A stretch of DNA of 64,000 nt from an uncultured Bradyrhizobium sp. (GCA_964504705.1 CAZDEZ010000011.1:870-64869), one strand, 5' to 3'; positions 42,989 to 52,560 are shown, counted from the stretch's first letter. A program made the numbers and translations. The notes: generated by a model from the letters alone, not told the origin.

Positions 42989-43462
42989 TCATCCAAAATT
43001 GTCACAGCAGAGGGTATGTGCCGCCGGCGCCAGAGCGACCTGCGGCACTGACGTCGCGCTGAGGCGACGAATGGTCGTGAGATGCCGCTTCGCCTCGACG
43101 AGGGACAACAGAATCGCAACTGCCAGCGCATCGTGCCGGCCGTCGACCGTGTCATCGAATGCGAAGGGAATTTCGGGATGACGGGACAGTGAGCAGACCC
43201 ATTCGCCGCCGTCGTAGAGCAGCCGGCAAGGAAACCAGGCCGGAAGTTCCAGTTCGAGCAGAAAGAGCACAGCCTCGATCCAGGCCTCCGCCTGCACCAG
43301 TCGATCGAACCGCGAAGCCCTGCCGGTCCTCGCCATGCTCGATGCCCGCGTGCAGGCATCGGCAATGATCCCGAAGAACAGGTCAGGCGTGAGCGCCTGA
43401 GCGAGGCGAAGTTCGTTCGCCAATCGATCCAGGCGTTCGGTGTCGTCGCGCTCGCTGGGCAA
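42989..43462 (-). CDS. Hypothetical protein co-oriented upstream of kup
   Basis: 157-aa ORF; [11 protein letters not shown]; GAGG upstream. Confidence 0.7.
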   Translation of the reverse strand: MPSERDDTERLDRLANELRLAQALTPDLFFGIIADACTRASSMARTGRASRFDRLVQAEAWIEAVLFLLELELPAWFPCRLLYDGGEWVCSLSRHPEIPFAFDDTVDGRHDALAVAILLSLVEAKRHLTTIRRLSATSVPQVALAPAAHTLCCDNFG

Positions 43463-43524
43463 CTCGGTTCACCCTCGGAGCGATCGCCGCATGCGACCGC
43501 GCCCGGAAGATGGGTGTAAACGCC

Positions 43525-43576
43525 ATAGGGAAGCCAGACAGACCCAACCGCCGCGATATAGGAATCCCATAGGAAT
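43525..43576. promoter_or_regulatory. Phased ATAGG(A/G)A direct repeats, candidate KdpE site
   Basis: ATAGGAAT at 43558 and 43569 (11 bp apart) and ATAGGGA at 43525 (33 bp upstream) in the divergent kup/kdpD region. Confidence 0.5.
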
Positions 43577-43629
43577 TCCGGCTTCTCATACTAACGGAGA
43601 GGGCGACGCCTTGATCGCGGGAGTGGGTT

Positions 43630-45294
43630 ATGCCATCGCACAGTGAACCGAGCTCACACGCGGGCTTGAACGGGCTAAGGCCGATGCCACAGGCTGCCAG
43701 ACATCCCGAGGAATCCGCGACGGCGTCGCTGCGCAAGCGTCGCCTCGGCATTGCCGGACCAGCGCTGTCTGCCTGGCTGACTCACCTCGATTGGCGCGCC
43801 CTTGGCTTCGCATTCGTGATCGTGGCCGGTGCGGTCGGCGTCGGCCTGCTGCTCTGGCCGTGGCTCGGCGTCGAGAATATGGGTCTTGTCTTCCTGACCG
43901 CAATCGTCGCCATTGCGGCCAGGTTCGGCCTCGGGCCTTCCCTGTTCGCGACGTTCCTGTCCTCGTTCTGCTACAATTTCTTTTTCACGGCGCCCTACTA
44001 CACACTGACTATCGACGAGCCCGCCAACATCGTTGCCGTTGTCGTGTTTACAATCGTCGCGGCGATCGTTTCAAATGTTGCCGCTCGCGGTCGCGTCCAG
44101 GCGGTGACGGCAATGGAGCGCGCCCGGACGACGGAGCTGCTTTACGCGTTCAGTCGCAAGCTCGCCGGCACGGGAACGCTCGACGACGTCCTGTGGGCTA
44201 CCGCGCACCAGACCGCGTTGATGCTGAATGTAAGGGTCGTGATCCTGCTGCCGGAGAACGGGACGATTGCGATCAAGTCGGGATACCCGCCCGAAGACCG
44301 GCTGGAGGAGGCTGATCTCGCGGCCGCGCAATGGTCATGGCAACAGGATGTTCCGGCCGGGCATGGCTCGGGCGTCCGGGCCGACGCGAAACGTCTGTTC
44401 CTGCCGATGCGAACCGGCCGCGGTGTCATCGGCGTGGTCGGCATCGACAGCGACCGGGCCGATCCGCTGCCGACCGCGGCGGAACGGCGCCTGCTTGAGG
44501 CTCTGATCGACCAGAGCGCCCTGGCGATCGAGCGGGTCCATCTCGTCGAACACATGGAACGCGTGAGACGCACGTTCGAGACGGAACGTCTTCGCTCGGC
44601 GCTGCTCACCTCGATCTCGCACGACCTGAAGACGCCATTGGCCGCCGTGCTCGGTGCAGCCGGTACCTTGCGCGATCTGGCGAGCAAACTGACTTCGGAC
44701 CAGAAGGACGAACTTCTTGCCACGATCATCGATGAATCGGAGCGCTTGAACCGCTTCATCGCGAATCTGCTCGACATGACGCGGCTTGAATCGGGAGCTG
44801 TGACGCCGAACACCACCAGCCACGATCTGCGCGAGATCGTAGGCAGCGTGCTGCGCCGCGCCAGGAAGATCTTGCTGGCGCACCGGGTCGACCTCGAACT
44901 TGCCGACGATCTGCCGATGCTTCAACTGGATGCAGTGCTGTTCGAGCAGGTATTGTTCAATCTCCTCGACAACGCCGCCAAGTACGCACCTGAGGGCACC
45001 GCAATAACGATCAGGAGCAATCGCGAGGCCGACACGATCCTGCTGCAGGTACTTGACGAGGGAGACGGCATTCCCGCCTCCGAACTCGGCCAGATCTTCG
45101 ACAAGTTCTATCGTGCGCGAAAGGGCGACCGCGTTCGCGCCGGCACCGGGCTCGGACTTGCGATTTCGCGCGGCTTCGTCGAGGCGCTGAACGGCACGAT
45201 CTCGGCGGCAAACCGCAGTGACCGCAGCGGCGCGGTCTTCACCATCCGCCTGCCGGTTCCCCCGACATTACCGCGCATGGACGAGGTCGCATGA
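43630..45294 (+). CDS. kdpD: KdpD-like sensor kinase lacking the N-terminal KdpD/Usp domains
   Basis: DUF4118 TMs (YNFFFTAPYYTL), GAF, SISHDLKTPL, NLLDNAAKY, GTGLGL. Confidence 0.85.
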   Translation: MPSHSEPSSHAGLNGLRPMPQAARHPEESATASLRKRRLGIAGPALSAWLTHLDWRALGFAFVIVAGAVGVGLLLWPWLGVENMGLVFLTAIVAIAARFGLGPSLFATFLSSFCYNFFFTAPYYTLTIDEPANIVAVVVFTIVAAIVSNVAARGRVQAVTAMERARTTELLYAFSRKLAGTGTLDDVLWATAHQTALMLNVRVVILLPENGTIAIKSGYPPEDRLEEADLAAAQWSWQQDVPAGHGSGVRADAKRLFLPMRTGRGVIGVVGIDSDRADPLPTAAERRLLEALIDQSALAIERVHLVEHMERVRRTFETERLRSALLTSISHDLKTPLAAVLGAAGTLRDLASKLTSDQKDELLATIIDESERLNRFIANLLDMTRLESGAVTPNTTSHDLREIVGSVLRRARKILLAHRVDLELADDLPMLQLDAVLFEQVLFNLLDNAAKYAPEGTAITIRSNREADTILLQVLDEGDGIPASELGQIFDKFYRARKGDRVRAGTGLGLAISRGFVEALNGTISAANRSDRSGAVFTIRLPVPPTLPRMDEVA

Positions 45295-45980
45295 GCAGTG
45301 GTGCGTTGAAGGTACTGGTCGTCGATGACGAGCCGCCGATCCGGAAGCTGCTCCGCATGGGACTGGTCACCCAGGGCTACGAAATTCTCGAAGCCCCGAG
45401 CGGAAGGGCCGCGCTGCAACTGCTGTCGCAATCGCCGGACCTCATCATTCTCGACCTTGGATTGCCCGACATGCAGGGGCTCGACCTGCTGCGGACGGTG
45501 CGGGCGCAGAACGAGCACGTCGCCATCGTCGTGCTGTCGAGCCGCAGCGATGAAACCGGAAAGGTCGAGGCTCTCGACGGCGGCGCCGACGATTATGTCA
45601 CCAAGCCGTTCGGCATGAACGAATTGCTCGCGCGCTCGCGGGCCGCGCTGCGTCACCGCCTGCAGGTTCAGGGCGAGCGTCCAGTCTTCCGGATCGGCGA
45701 TCTCTCCGTCGATCTGGTCCGCCGCATCGTCAGGCTGCAGGATAGCGAGGTGAAGCTGTCGCCGAAGGAATACGACTTGCTGCGCCTGCTGGTGCAGCAT
45801 GCCGGCAAGGTGCTGACGCACAAGTTCCTGCTCGGCGAACTCTGGGACCAGAACACGGACGCACAGTACCTGCGCGTCTACGTCAGGCAGTTGCGGCAGA
45901 AGATCGAGGCCGATCCGGAGCGCCCGGAATATGTCCTCACCGAAACCGGCGTCGGGTATCGGCTCCGCGCCCCTGATTGA
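45291..45980 (+). CDS. kdpE: KdpE response regulator
   Basis: LDLGLPD, HAGKVLTH, YLRVYVRQLRQKIEADP, TETGVGY. Confidence 0.92.
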   Translation: MSSGALKVLVVDDEPPIRKLLRMGLVTQGYEILEAPSGRAALQLLSQSPDLIILDLGLPDMQGLDLLRTVRAQNEHVAIVVLSSRSDETGKVEALDGGADDYVTKPFGMNELLARSRAALRHRLQVQGERPVFRIGDLSVDLVRRIVRLQDSEVKLSPKEYDLLRLLVQHAGKVLTHKFLLGELWDQNTDAQYLRVYVRQLRQKIEADPERPEYVLTETGVGYRLRAPD

Positions 45981-46116
45981 GTGCTCCGGCAGGGCCAGGT
46001 CGCCCTTACCGGTGACCTTTCCGCATTAATTACAACATGTTGCCAAACGATTTGAGCAGGTCGTATCTGACATCGTGGGTTTCCCGACAAATGCGGCCGG
46101 CTGTAACATCCGACCT

Positions 46117-46140
46117 GCCAATTTATATAAATATATTGAC
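46117..46140. promoter_or_regulatory. AT-rich imperfect palindrome, candidate BadR/MarR operator
   Basis: GCCAATTTATATAAATATATTGAC about 50 nt upstream of fadH, overlapping a TTGACA. Confidence 0.5.
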
Positions 46141-46191
46141 ATAATGACCCGGCTTCGGCCTACTGAGTGCATCAAGAAGCCGGAGCCCCGC

Positions 46192-48186
46192 ATGCCGAAC
46201 GCTCACGCAGTTCTGCTCGATCCGATCCGGGTCGGCTCCCTCACGCTTGCAAGCCGGATCGTCATGGGCTCGATGCATACCGGTCTCGAATGCCATCCCG
46301 AGCGGTTCGACGAGCTTGGCCGCTTCTATGCCGAGCGCGCCAGGGGCGGCGCCGGACTGATCGTGACCGGCGGGTTCGCGCCGAACTTCGCCGGCCGCAT
46401 GAAGAACGAGCCGGGCACTTTCGAGCGGGCCGACCAGGTCACCCATCATCGCAAGATCACTGCTCCGGTCCGCGCGGCCGGCGGCCGCATCCTGCTGCAG
46501 ATCCTGCATGCCGGACGTTACGGCTATCACCCGGCCGTGGTGGCGCCCTCGCCGATCAAATCGCCGATCAACCGCGACGTCCCAGCCGAGCTCACGTCCG
46601 CGCAGATCGAGGCGACGATCGCAAACTACGCGACGACGGCGCGGCTTGCGATCGAGGCCGGCTATGACGGCGTCGAGATCATGGGGTCGGAAGGGTATCT
46701 GATCTCCGAATTCCTGGCGCCACGCACCAATCATCGGGGCGACCGATGGGGCGGATCGCTGGAGAACCGCGCGCGCTTTCCACTTGCCGTGGTCAAGGCG
46801 GTGCGCGCGGCGATCGGCGATGCCGTCATTTCGTATCGCATCTCCGCGCTGGAACTGGTCGAGGGCGGGCTCACGCAGGAAGAGACGATCTGGCTGGCGA
46901 AAGAGGTCGAGAAGGCCGGCGCCGACTGCCTGTCGACCGGCATCGGCTGGCATGAAGCCGCCGTTCCCACCATCGCCGGCCCGGTGCCCCACGCTGCCTT
47001 TATCGAATCGACGCGCCGGCTGAAGGCCGCGGTGTCCATTCCGGTCACGGCCAGCAACCGCATCAATCTTCCAGACGATGCCGCCGAAATCGTCCAAAGC
47101 GGTTCGGCCGACCTCGTCTCGATGGCGCGGCCGCTGCTGGCGGATGCCGAATTCGTCAGCAAGGTCGGCCGCGGCCGCCCGGACCTCGTCAATGTCTGTA
47201 TCGCCTGCAACCAGGCCTGCCTCGACCACTACTTCACCGACCAGGTGATCACCTGCCTGGTCAACCCGCGCGCGGCGCGCGAAAACGAGTTTTCCGACGC
47301 CCCTGCCCCCGCGCCGAAGCGCGTCGCCGTGCTCGGCGCGGGCGTGGCCGGCATCGCGGCGGCACTGGAAGCTGCGCGTCGCGGCCACCACGTGACGCTG
47401 TTCGATTCGGCCTCCCGCATCGGCGGGCAGTTTGCGCTGGCGGCGAATATCCCGGGCAAGGAGGATTACGGCCTGTCGCTCGCAAGCTACGAGGCGCAGC
47501 TCGCCGAGTGCGGTGTCGAGATCAGGACCGGCGTCGCCGTCGATGCCGAGAGGCTGAAGCGGTCCAATTTCGACGAGGTCATCGTCTCGACCGGCGTCAC
47601 GCCCCGCCCGATCGACATCCCCGGTAGCGACGATCCGCGCGTGGTCGGCTACACCAGAATCCTCGACGGCAACGTGAAGGCCGGCGACCGTGTCGTCGTC
47701 ATCGGCGGCGGCGGCATCGGCCATGACGTCGCGCTCTTCCTCGCCATGGAGACCGATGGCCGGCGGCAGACCCGCGAGGAGTTCTTCGAGCGCTGGGGCA
47801 TCGCCGGCAAGCCGAGAACGCATGCGGCGCGGCGCCAGATCACCATGCTGAAACGCTCGCCCGGCGCCTTCGGCCGCACCCTCGGCAAGAGCACAGGCTG
47901 GATTGTCCGCCAGGAGCTGAAGGACCTGAAGGTCCGGCAGATCGCGGACGCGCATTACGTCAAGATCGATGCGGAGGGGCTGCACATTGCCCTGCCCGAC
48001 CGCAACGAGATCCTGCCGTTCGACACGCTCGTCGTCTGCGCCGGCCAGGAATCGGACCGGCGCATCGCCGACGCCATCGCAGCGAACGGGCAGCCGGTGC
48101 ACGTGATCGGCGGCGCGCGCCTTGCGGGCGAGCTCGACGCCAAGCGCGCGATCTACGAGGGCGCCATGCTCGGCAACCGCATTTGA
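46192..48186 (+). CDS. fadH: NADPH-dependent 2,4-dienoyl-CoA reductase (FadH family)
   Basis: MGSMHTGLE, GSEGYL (catalytic Tyr), GIGWHE (His), CIACNQAC...C 4Fe-4S, ELDAKRAI. Confidence 0.92.
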   Translation: MPNAHAVLLDPIRVGSLTLASRIVMGSMHTGLECHPERFDELGRFYAERARGGAGLIVTGGFAPNFAGRMKNEPGTFERADQVTHHRKITAPVRAAGGRILLQILHAGRYGYHPAVVAPSPIKSPINRDVPAELTSAQIEATIANYATTARLAIEAGYDGVEIMGSEGYLISEFLAPRTNHRGDRWGGSLENRARFPLAVVKAVRAAIGDAVISYRISALELVEGGLTQEETIWLAKEVEKAGADCLSTGIGWHEAAVPTIAGPVPHAAFIESTRRLKAAVSIPVTASNRINLPDDAAEIVQSGSADLVSMARPLLADAEFVSKVGRGRPDLVNVCIACNQACLDHYFTDQVITCLVNPRAARENEFSDAPAPAPKRVAVLGAGVAGIAAALEAARRGHHVTLFDSASRIGGQFALAANIPGKEDYGLSLASYEAQLAECGVEIRTGVAVDAERLKRSNFDEVIVSTGVTPRPIDIPGSDDPRVVGYTRILDGNVKAGDRVVVIGGGGIGHDVALFLAMETDGRRQTREEFFERWGIAGKPRTHAARRQITMLKRSPGAFGRTLGKSTGWIVRQELKDLKVRQIADAHYVKIDAEGLHIALPDRNEILPFDTLVVCAGQESDRRIADAIAANGQPVHVIGGARLAGELDAKRAIYEGAMLGNRI

Positions 48187-48200
48187 TGGAGAGCAGCAGC

Positions 48201-48968
48201 ATGAGAGGTCTGAAGGATCGCGTCGCCATCGTCACCGGCGCCGCCGGAGGAATCGGGACCGCGATCTGCCGCCGGTTTCTCGACGAGGAGGTCAGGATCG
48301 TCGCGCTCGACGTCAATGCCGATGCGCTGAAGCAGCTCGCGGGTGAGCTCGGCGCGGACGACAGCCGCTTGCTGGGCATCGCCGCCGACATCTCCGACTA
48401 TCGTACCGTCAAGGAAGCGGTCGACCGCGGCGTCGCGAAGTTCGGCAAGCTCGACATCCTCGTCAACAACGCCGGATGGGACGTCGCAAAGCCGTTCCTG
48501 CAGACCGAGCCTGACCTGTGGGACAAGATCATCGCAGTCAACCTGCGCGGCCCGCTCAACCTGCACAAGGCCGCCCTGCCCCATCTGATCGCCGCCGGCG
48601 GCGGCAAGGTGGTCAACATCGCCTCCGACGCCGGCCGCGTCGGCTCGTCCGGCGAAGCCGTCTATTCCGCTTGCAAGGGCGGCATCATCGCCTTCTCCAA
48701 GACGATGGCGCGGGAATGCGCGCGCGACAACATCAGGGTCAACGTGGTCTGTCCCGGCCCGACCGATACGGCGCTGCTGCGCTCCTTTGCCGGCGAAGGC
48801 GAGTACGGGCAGAAGATCTACGACGCGCTGAAGCGGGCGATCCCGCTGAGGCGCCTCGGCCAGCCCGACGACATGCCGGGCCTGATCGCCTTCCTCGCCA
48901 GCGACGACGCCAATTACATGACCGGCCAGGTCATCAGCGTCTCCGGCGGTCTCACGATGAACGGATAG
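48201..48968 (+). CDS. badH: 2-hydroxycyclohexanecarboxyl-CoA dehydrogenase (SDR)
   Basis: NNAGWD, ASDAGRVGSSGEAVYSACKGG, CPGPTDT, SVSGGLTMNG match recalled R. palustris BadH. Confidence 0.85.
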   Translation: MRGLKDRVAIVTGAAGGIGTAICRRFLDEEVRIVALDVNADALKQLAGELGADDSRLLGIAADISDYRTVKEAVDRGVAKFGKLDILVNNAGWDVAKPFLQTEPDLWDKIIAVNLRGPLNLHKAALPHLIAAGGGKVVNIASDAGRVGSSGEAVYSACKGGIIAFSKTMARECARDNIRVNVVCPGPTDTALLRSFAGEGEYGQKIYDALKRAIPLRRLGQPDDMPGLIAFLASDDANYMTGQVISVSGGLTMNG

Positions 48969-48980
48969 GGAGAGAGCAAG

Positions 48981-49751
48981 ATGCAATACAATGACATTAC
49001 CTATGACGTCCGCGGTCCCGCCGCCTGGATCACCATCAACCGGCCGGACAAGTACAATGCGTTCCGCGGCCAGACCTGCGAGGAACTGATCCACGCCTTC
49101 AACAAGGCGGGATGGGACAAGTCGATCGCCGCGATCGTGCTGACCGGCGCCGGCGCGAAATCGTTCTGCACCGGCGGCGACCAGTCGGCGCATGACGGCA
49201 GCTACGACGGACGCGGTATCATCGGCCTGCCGGTCGAGGAGCTACAGACCACGATCCGCGACGTGCCGAAGCCCGTGATCGCGCGCGTCAACGGGTTTGC
49301 GATCGGCGGCGGCAACGTGCTGGTCACCTGCTGCGACCTCGCCATCGCCGCGTCGTCGGCGGTGTTCGGCCAGGTCGGCCCGAAGGTCGGCTCGGTCGAT
49401 CCCGGCTTCGGCACGGCACTGCTCTCCCGGGTCGTCGGCGAGAAGAAGGCGCGCGAGATCTGGATGCTGTGCCGCCGCTACAGCGCGCAGCAGGCGCTCG
49501 AGATGGGGCTCATCAACGCCGTGGTCGAGCCGGCGGAGCTTGATGCCGAGGTCGAACGCTGGTGCGCGGAGATCGCGGCCCTGAGCCCGACCGCAATTGC
49601 GATCGCCAAGCGCTCCTTCAACCAGGATTCCGAGTCGATCCGCGGCATTTCGGCGATGGGCATGCAGGCCCTGAGCCTGTTCTACCAGACCGAGGAATCG
49701 CGCGAAGGCGTCAAGGCGTTCCTGGAGAAGCGCAAGCCGAAATTCCGCTAA
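48981..49751 (+). CDS. badI: 2-ketocyclohexanecarboxyl-CoA hydrolase (crotonase/MenB-like)
   Basis: FCTGGDQSAHDGSYDGRG, GQVGPKVGSVDPG, VGEKKAREIW. Confidence 0.9.
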   Translation: MQYNDITYDVRGPAAWITINRPDKYNAFRGQTCEELIHAFNKAGWDKSIAAIVLTGAGAKSFCTGGDQSAHDGSYDGRGIIGLPVEELQTTIRDVPKPVIARVNGFAIGGGNVLVTCCDLAIAASSAVFGQVGPKVGSVDPGFGTALLSRVVGEKKAREIWMLCRRYSAQQALEMGLINAVVEPAELDAEVERWCAEIAALSPTAIAIAKRSFNQDSESIRGISAMGMQALSLFYQTEESREGVKAFLEKRKPKFR

Positions 49752-49763
49752 GGGTCGTAGGAG

Positions 49764-50303
49764 ATGGCATCGCCTTCGCAGAGAGAAGCAGGCGCGGCCT
49801 CGTCCGACGAGGCACCCGGCCGCGTCGCCGATCACCTCAACAACCGGATCTTCTTCCGCCTGTTTCAGGTCGCCAACACGCTGCAGAAGCAGGCGGTGAA
49901 GGAGCTCGGGGTGACGACCGTGCAATGGGCGGTGCTCGGCGCGCTCAGCGATCCGCGGCCGACCCACGGCATGTCGGTCGGCACGCTCGCCGACTTCCTC
50001 GTCGTCTCCAGGCAGAACCTCGATGGCGTGCTGAAGCGGCTGGAGCGCGACGGCCTCGTCGAGCGGGTCACCGACGCCGCCGACAAGCGGGCGCGCATGG
50101 TCAAGCTGACGCGCGAGGGCTTTGCGTTCTGGGGGAACTTGCGCGAACGGATTTTCGGGTTCTACGACCAGGCGATGGCCGGCTTCAAGTTCGACGACCG
50201 CGTGGCGTTGGCGCATTACCTCAACGAGATGCAGCGCGATCTGACTAAAGTCCGCCTCGAGCAGCCGCGGGGCGCGCGCAAGAAGGCGAAGCGGCGTTCG
50301 TAA
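49764..50303 (+). CDS. badR: MarR-family regulator, BadR-like
   Basis: NRIFFRLFQ, QWAVLGALS, GMSVG, VSRQNL resemble recalled BadR; adjacent to badHI. Confidence 0.75.
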   Translation: MASPSQREAGAASSDEAPGRVADHLNNRIFFRLFQVANTLQKQAVKELGVTTVQWAVLGALSDPRPTHGMSVGTLADFLVVSRQNLDGVLKRLERDGLVERVTDAADKRARMVKLTREGFAFWGNLRERIFGFYDQAMAGFKFDDRVALAHYLNEMQRDLTKVRLEQPRGARKKAKRRS

Positions 50304-50318
50304 CCTCCTTTCGCACCT

Positions 50319-52025
50319 TCAGCGCGCCGCCGTCGTGGCGGGACGGAAATAGAAGGGCTCGCTGGGCAGCGAGCCGTACACGAACGGCTCCTGCCGGCGC
50401 GCCGTCGCCGCCAGCACGTCGTCGCGCACGAAGCGGAACAGCATCGAAATCTCCAGCCCCGGCTGCCTGATCCGCTTGAGCAGCGCCTTCATGAACGGGC
50501 TGTTGCCGTCGTCGCCATCATTGGCGACCTGGCCGGCCTTCGCGGCATAGGCGACCATCGTCCCGCCCTCCGGCTCGACCCGGGCAAGGCCGCTGCCGAT
50601 CGCGCGCGTGCTGTTGGTCAGGCGCATCTGCGGCGCAAACGGATTGTCGCGGCACGCATCCAGCACGATCAGCCGCAGCCCGCGCGTCCCTTCGATCGCG
50701 TTGGAGAGCTCGTCGATCGACACGGCTTCGAGGCGCACGTCGCGGTCGGTCCTGAACTGCGCATCGACCGGGACAAGCCAGTTGATTCCGCCCATCTCGA
50801 GGCCATGGCCGGCGAAATAGACCACCGCCCAATCGGCCGTCTCCGCCTCCCGTGCGAACGCGCGCAGCGCCGCGAACATCTGCTCGCGCGTCTGATCGCG
50901 CAGCAGGGTGACGTTGCGGAAGCCGAGCGCGGTGAGCTCCGCCGCCAGCGCCTCGGCATCGCGTCCGGGATTGCTCAGCGCGGGAACGCTGCGATAGGCG
51001 GCATTGCCGATCACGAGTGCGACGCGGTTGCTTTTTTCCGGTTTCGGCGTACCAGACGGCGCAGCCTGCTGGACGGACGGCACGAGCGAGGCGCTGTCGA
51101 GTTCGCGCAGGACCTGCTCGGCCTCGCGCAGGGCCTCGGCCGCGTCGACGCTCGACAGCGGCAGCTTGCGCGCCGTCGCCAGCGCATCCCTGGCCAGCGC
51201 CATGTCGCCGCTGCGCGAGGCGGCAAGGCTGCGCAACGCGAACGCCTCGGCGTTCTGCGGATCGATCCTGACCAGCGAACCCAGCGCCGCAAGTGCGTCG
51301 GGATAGCGGCGCAACGCCACCAGCACCTTGCCGTGCATCAGACCGACATCTGCGGCAGTCTTCTTCTGCGAGGCATTGCCGACGACGGGCGCGGCCCGCG
51401 CCCGTGCCACGTGCTGCAACGCCTCGTCCGGTTTGCCGAGATGCAGCAGATAATCGGCCTGCATGATGGAATTGTAGGGGTCGCGCGGCTCCACCTTCAC
51501 CGCCTGATCGAGATCGGCCTTGGCCTGCACGGCGGCGCCGCGGCGGAGGTAGGCGGCGGCGCGGTTCTGCAGTGCACCGGCGCGATCGGGATTGTTCGCC
51601 GCCAGCGCCAGCGCCCGGGTGGAATCGGCGATGGAGAGATCGAACTGGCCGAGGCCGCTGCGGATCACGCCGCGCGCCAGCCAGGGATCGAAACGCGACG
51701 ACTCGATTTCCAGCGAGCGATCGCAATTGGCGAGCGCGTTGCGGTAATCGTGCCGCATCAGATAGTTGTAGCAGCGGTTGTAGTAGGCGGCGGCGTGCTC
51801 CTGTTTGGCGATGCCCGGCGTATTGATGATCGCCATGCAGGCGGAAAGCCCGGCGGCGCCGTCGTCCTGGCGGCAGGTGTCCCAGAGTTTTGCGCGGGCG
51901 CGCGGATCGGTGGCTGCGGAGACAGACAACCCCGAGCCGAGCAGCACGACAGCCGCGAGCAGCAGATTCGCGCAAAGTCTTGCCCAGGCTGCGAGTCGAT
52001 TTGCTTCAGCGCAGGACGGGATCAT
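50319..52025 (-). CDS. Exported TPR-repeat protein with C-terminal caspase (peptidase C14) domain
   Basis: Signal-like N-terminus, TPRs, RVALVIGN, YFAGHG, LDACRDNP, QEP. Confidence 0.88.
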   Translation of the reverse strand: MIPSCAEANRLAAWARLCANLLLAAVVLLGSGLSVSAATDPRARAKLWDTCRQDDGAAGLSACMAIINTPGIAKQEHAAAYYNRCYNYLMRHDYRNALANCDRSLEIESSRFDPWLARGVIRSGLGQFDLSIADSTRALALAANNPDRAGALQNRAAAYLRRGAAVQAKADLDQAVKVEPRDPYNSIMQADYLLHLGKPDEALQHVARARAAPVVGNASQKKTAADVGLMHGKVLVALRRYPDALAALGSLVRIDPQNAEAFALRSLAASRSGDMALARDALATARKLPLSSVDAAEALREAEQVLRELDSASLVPSVQQAAPSGTPKPEKSNRVALVIGNAAYRSVPALSNPGRDAEALAAELTALGFRNVTLLRDQTREQMFAALRAFAREAETADWAVVYFAGHGLEMGGINWLVPVDAQFRTDRDVRLEAVSIDELSNAIEGTRGLRLIVLDACRDNPFAPQMRLTNSTRAIGSGLARVEPEGGTMVAYAAKAGQVANDGDDGNSPFMKALLKRIRQPGLEISMLFRFVRDDVLAATARRQEPFVYGSLPSEPFYFRPATTAAR

Positions 52026-52560
52026 GCGGGCTGACACGACGCTTGACGTGTCCCGTGTTGATGGGATGGAGAAGAGGACGCCCGGCCAGGCTGTCCGACG
52101 GAGCGGTTTCGCCGAAGACACGCGCGGCCCGTCCGCTCATCACGACCATCGCCGTTCCGACCAACAGAAATATCGAGCCGATAAAGCCGAGGATGAGCGG
52201 CATGAACCATAGCGAGAAGAAGCCCCTGATCTTCGCGTAACGAGGCTCGTCGGGATCATAGAGAACCGTGACGGTCTGGCCCTTCTTGTAAGCCGGCGGA
52301 TTGGTCCGCAGCCCCGATTCGAATTCGACGGTGGCGCCTTCCACGGTCTGGAACCGCACCACGGGCGCAAACAGATATCCGGTGTTGTCGCTGTCGCGCG
52401 AGCGCACCATCTCGATCACCCTGCCCTCCACTTCGACGGCGTGCGCAAGCCACGTCTTCGTGGACGACACCGCCCAGGCGGCCCCGAGCAGAAGCAACAG
52501 GCCAAGCGGGATGAAGGCGAACTTGCCGAGGCGGCGCAAGAAAACGACGGGATCAATCAT
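52006..52560 (-). CDS. DUF3592-like membrane protein
   Basis: Two TMs flanking PVVRF...VTVLYDPDEP. Confidence 0.7.
   Translation of the reverse strand: MIDPVVFLRRLGKFAFIPLGLLLLLGAAWAVSSTKTWLAHAVEVEGRVIEMVRSRDSDNTGYLFAPVVRFQTVEGATVEFESGLRTNPPAYKKGQTVTVLYDPDEPRYAKIRGFFSLWFMPLILGFIGSIFLLVGTAMVVMSGRAARVFGETAPSDSLAGRPLLHPINTGHVKRRVSPHDPVLR

Noticed and set aside
42922-43365. 789-aa Kup with a long N-terminal extension
   Set aside because: The extension overlaps the 157-aa ORF in another frame; a start at 42921 has an RBS and gives a normal Kup length
48981-49751. menB (naphthoate synthase)
   Set aside because: The sequence and the badH/badR context fit BadI; no men genes
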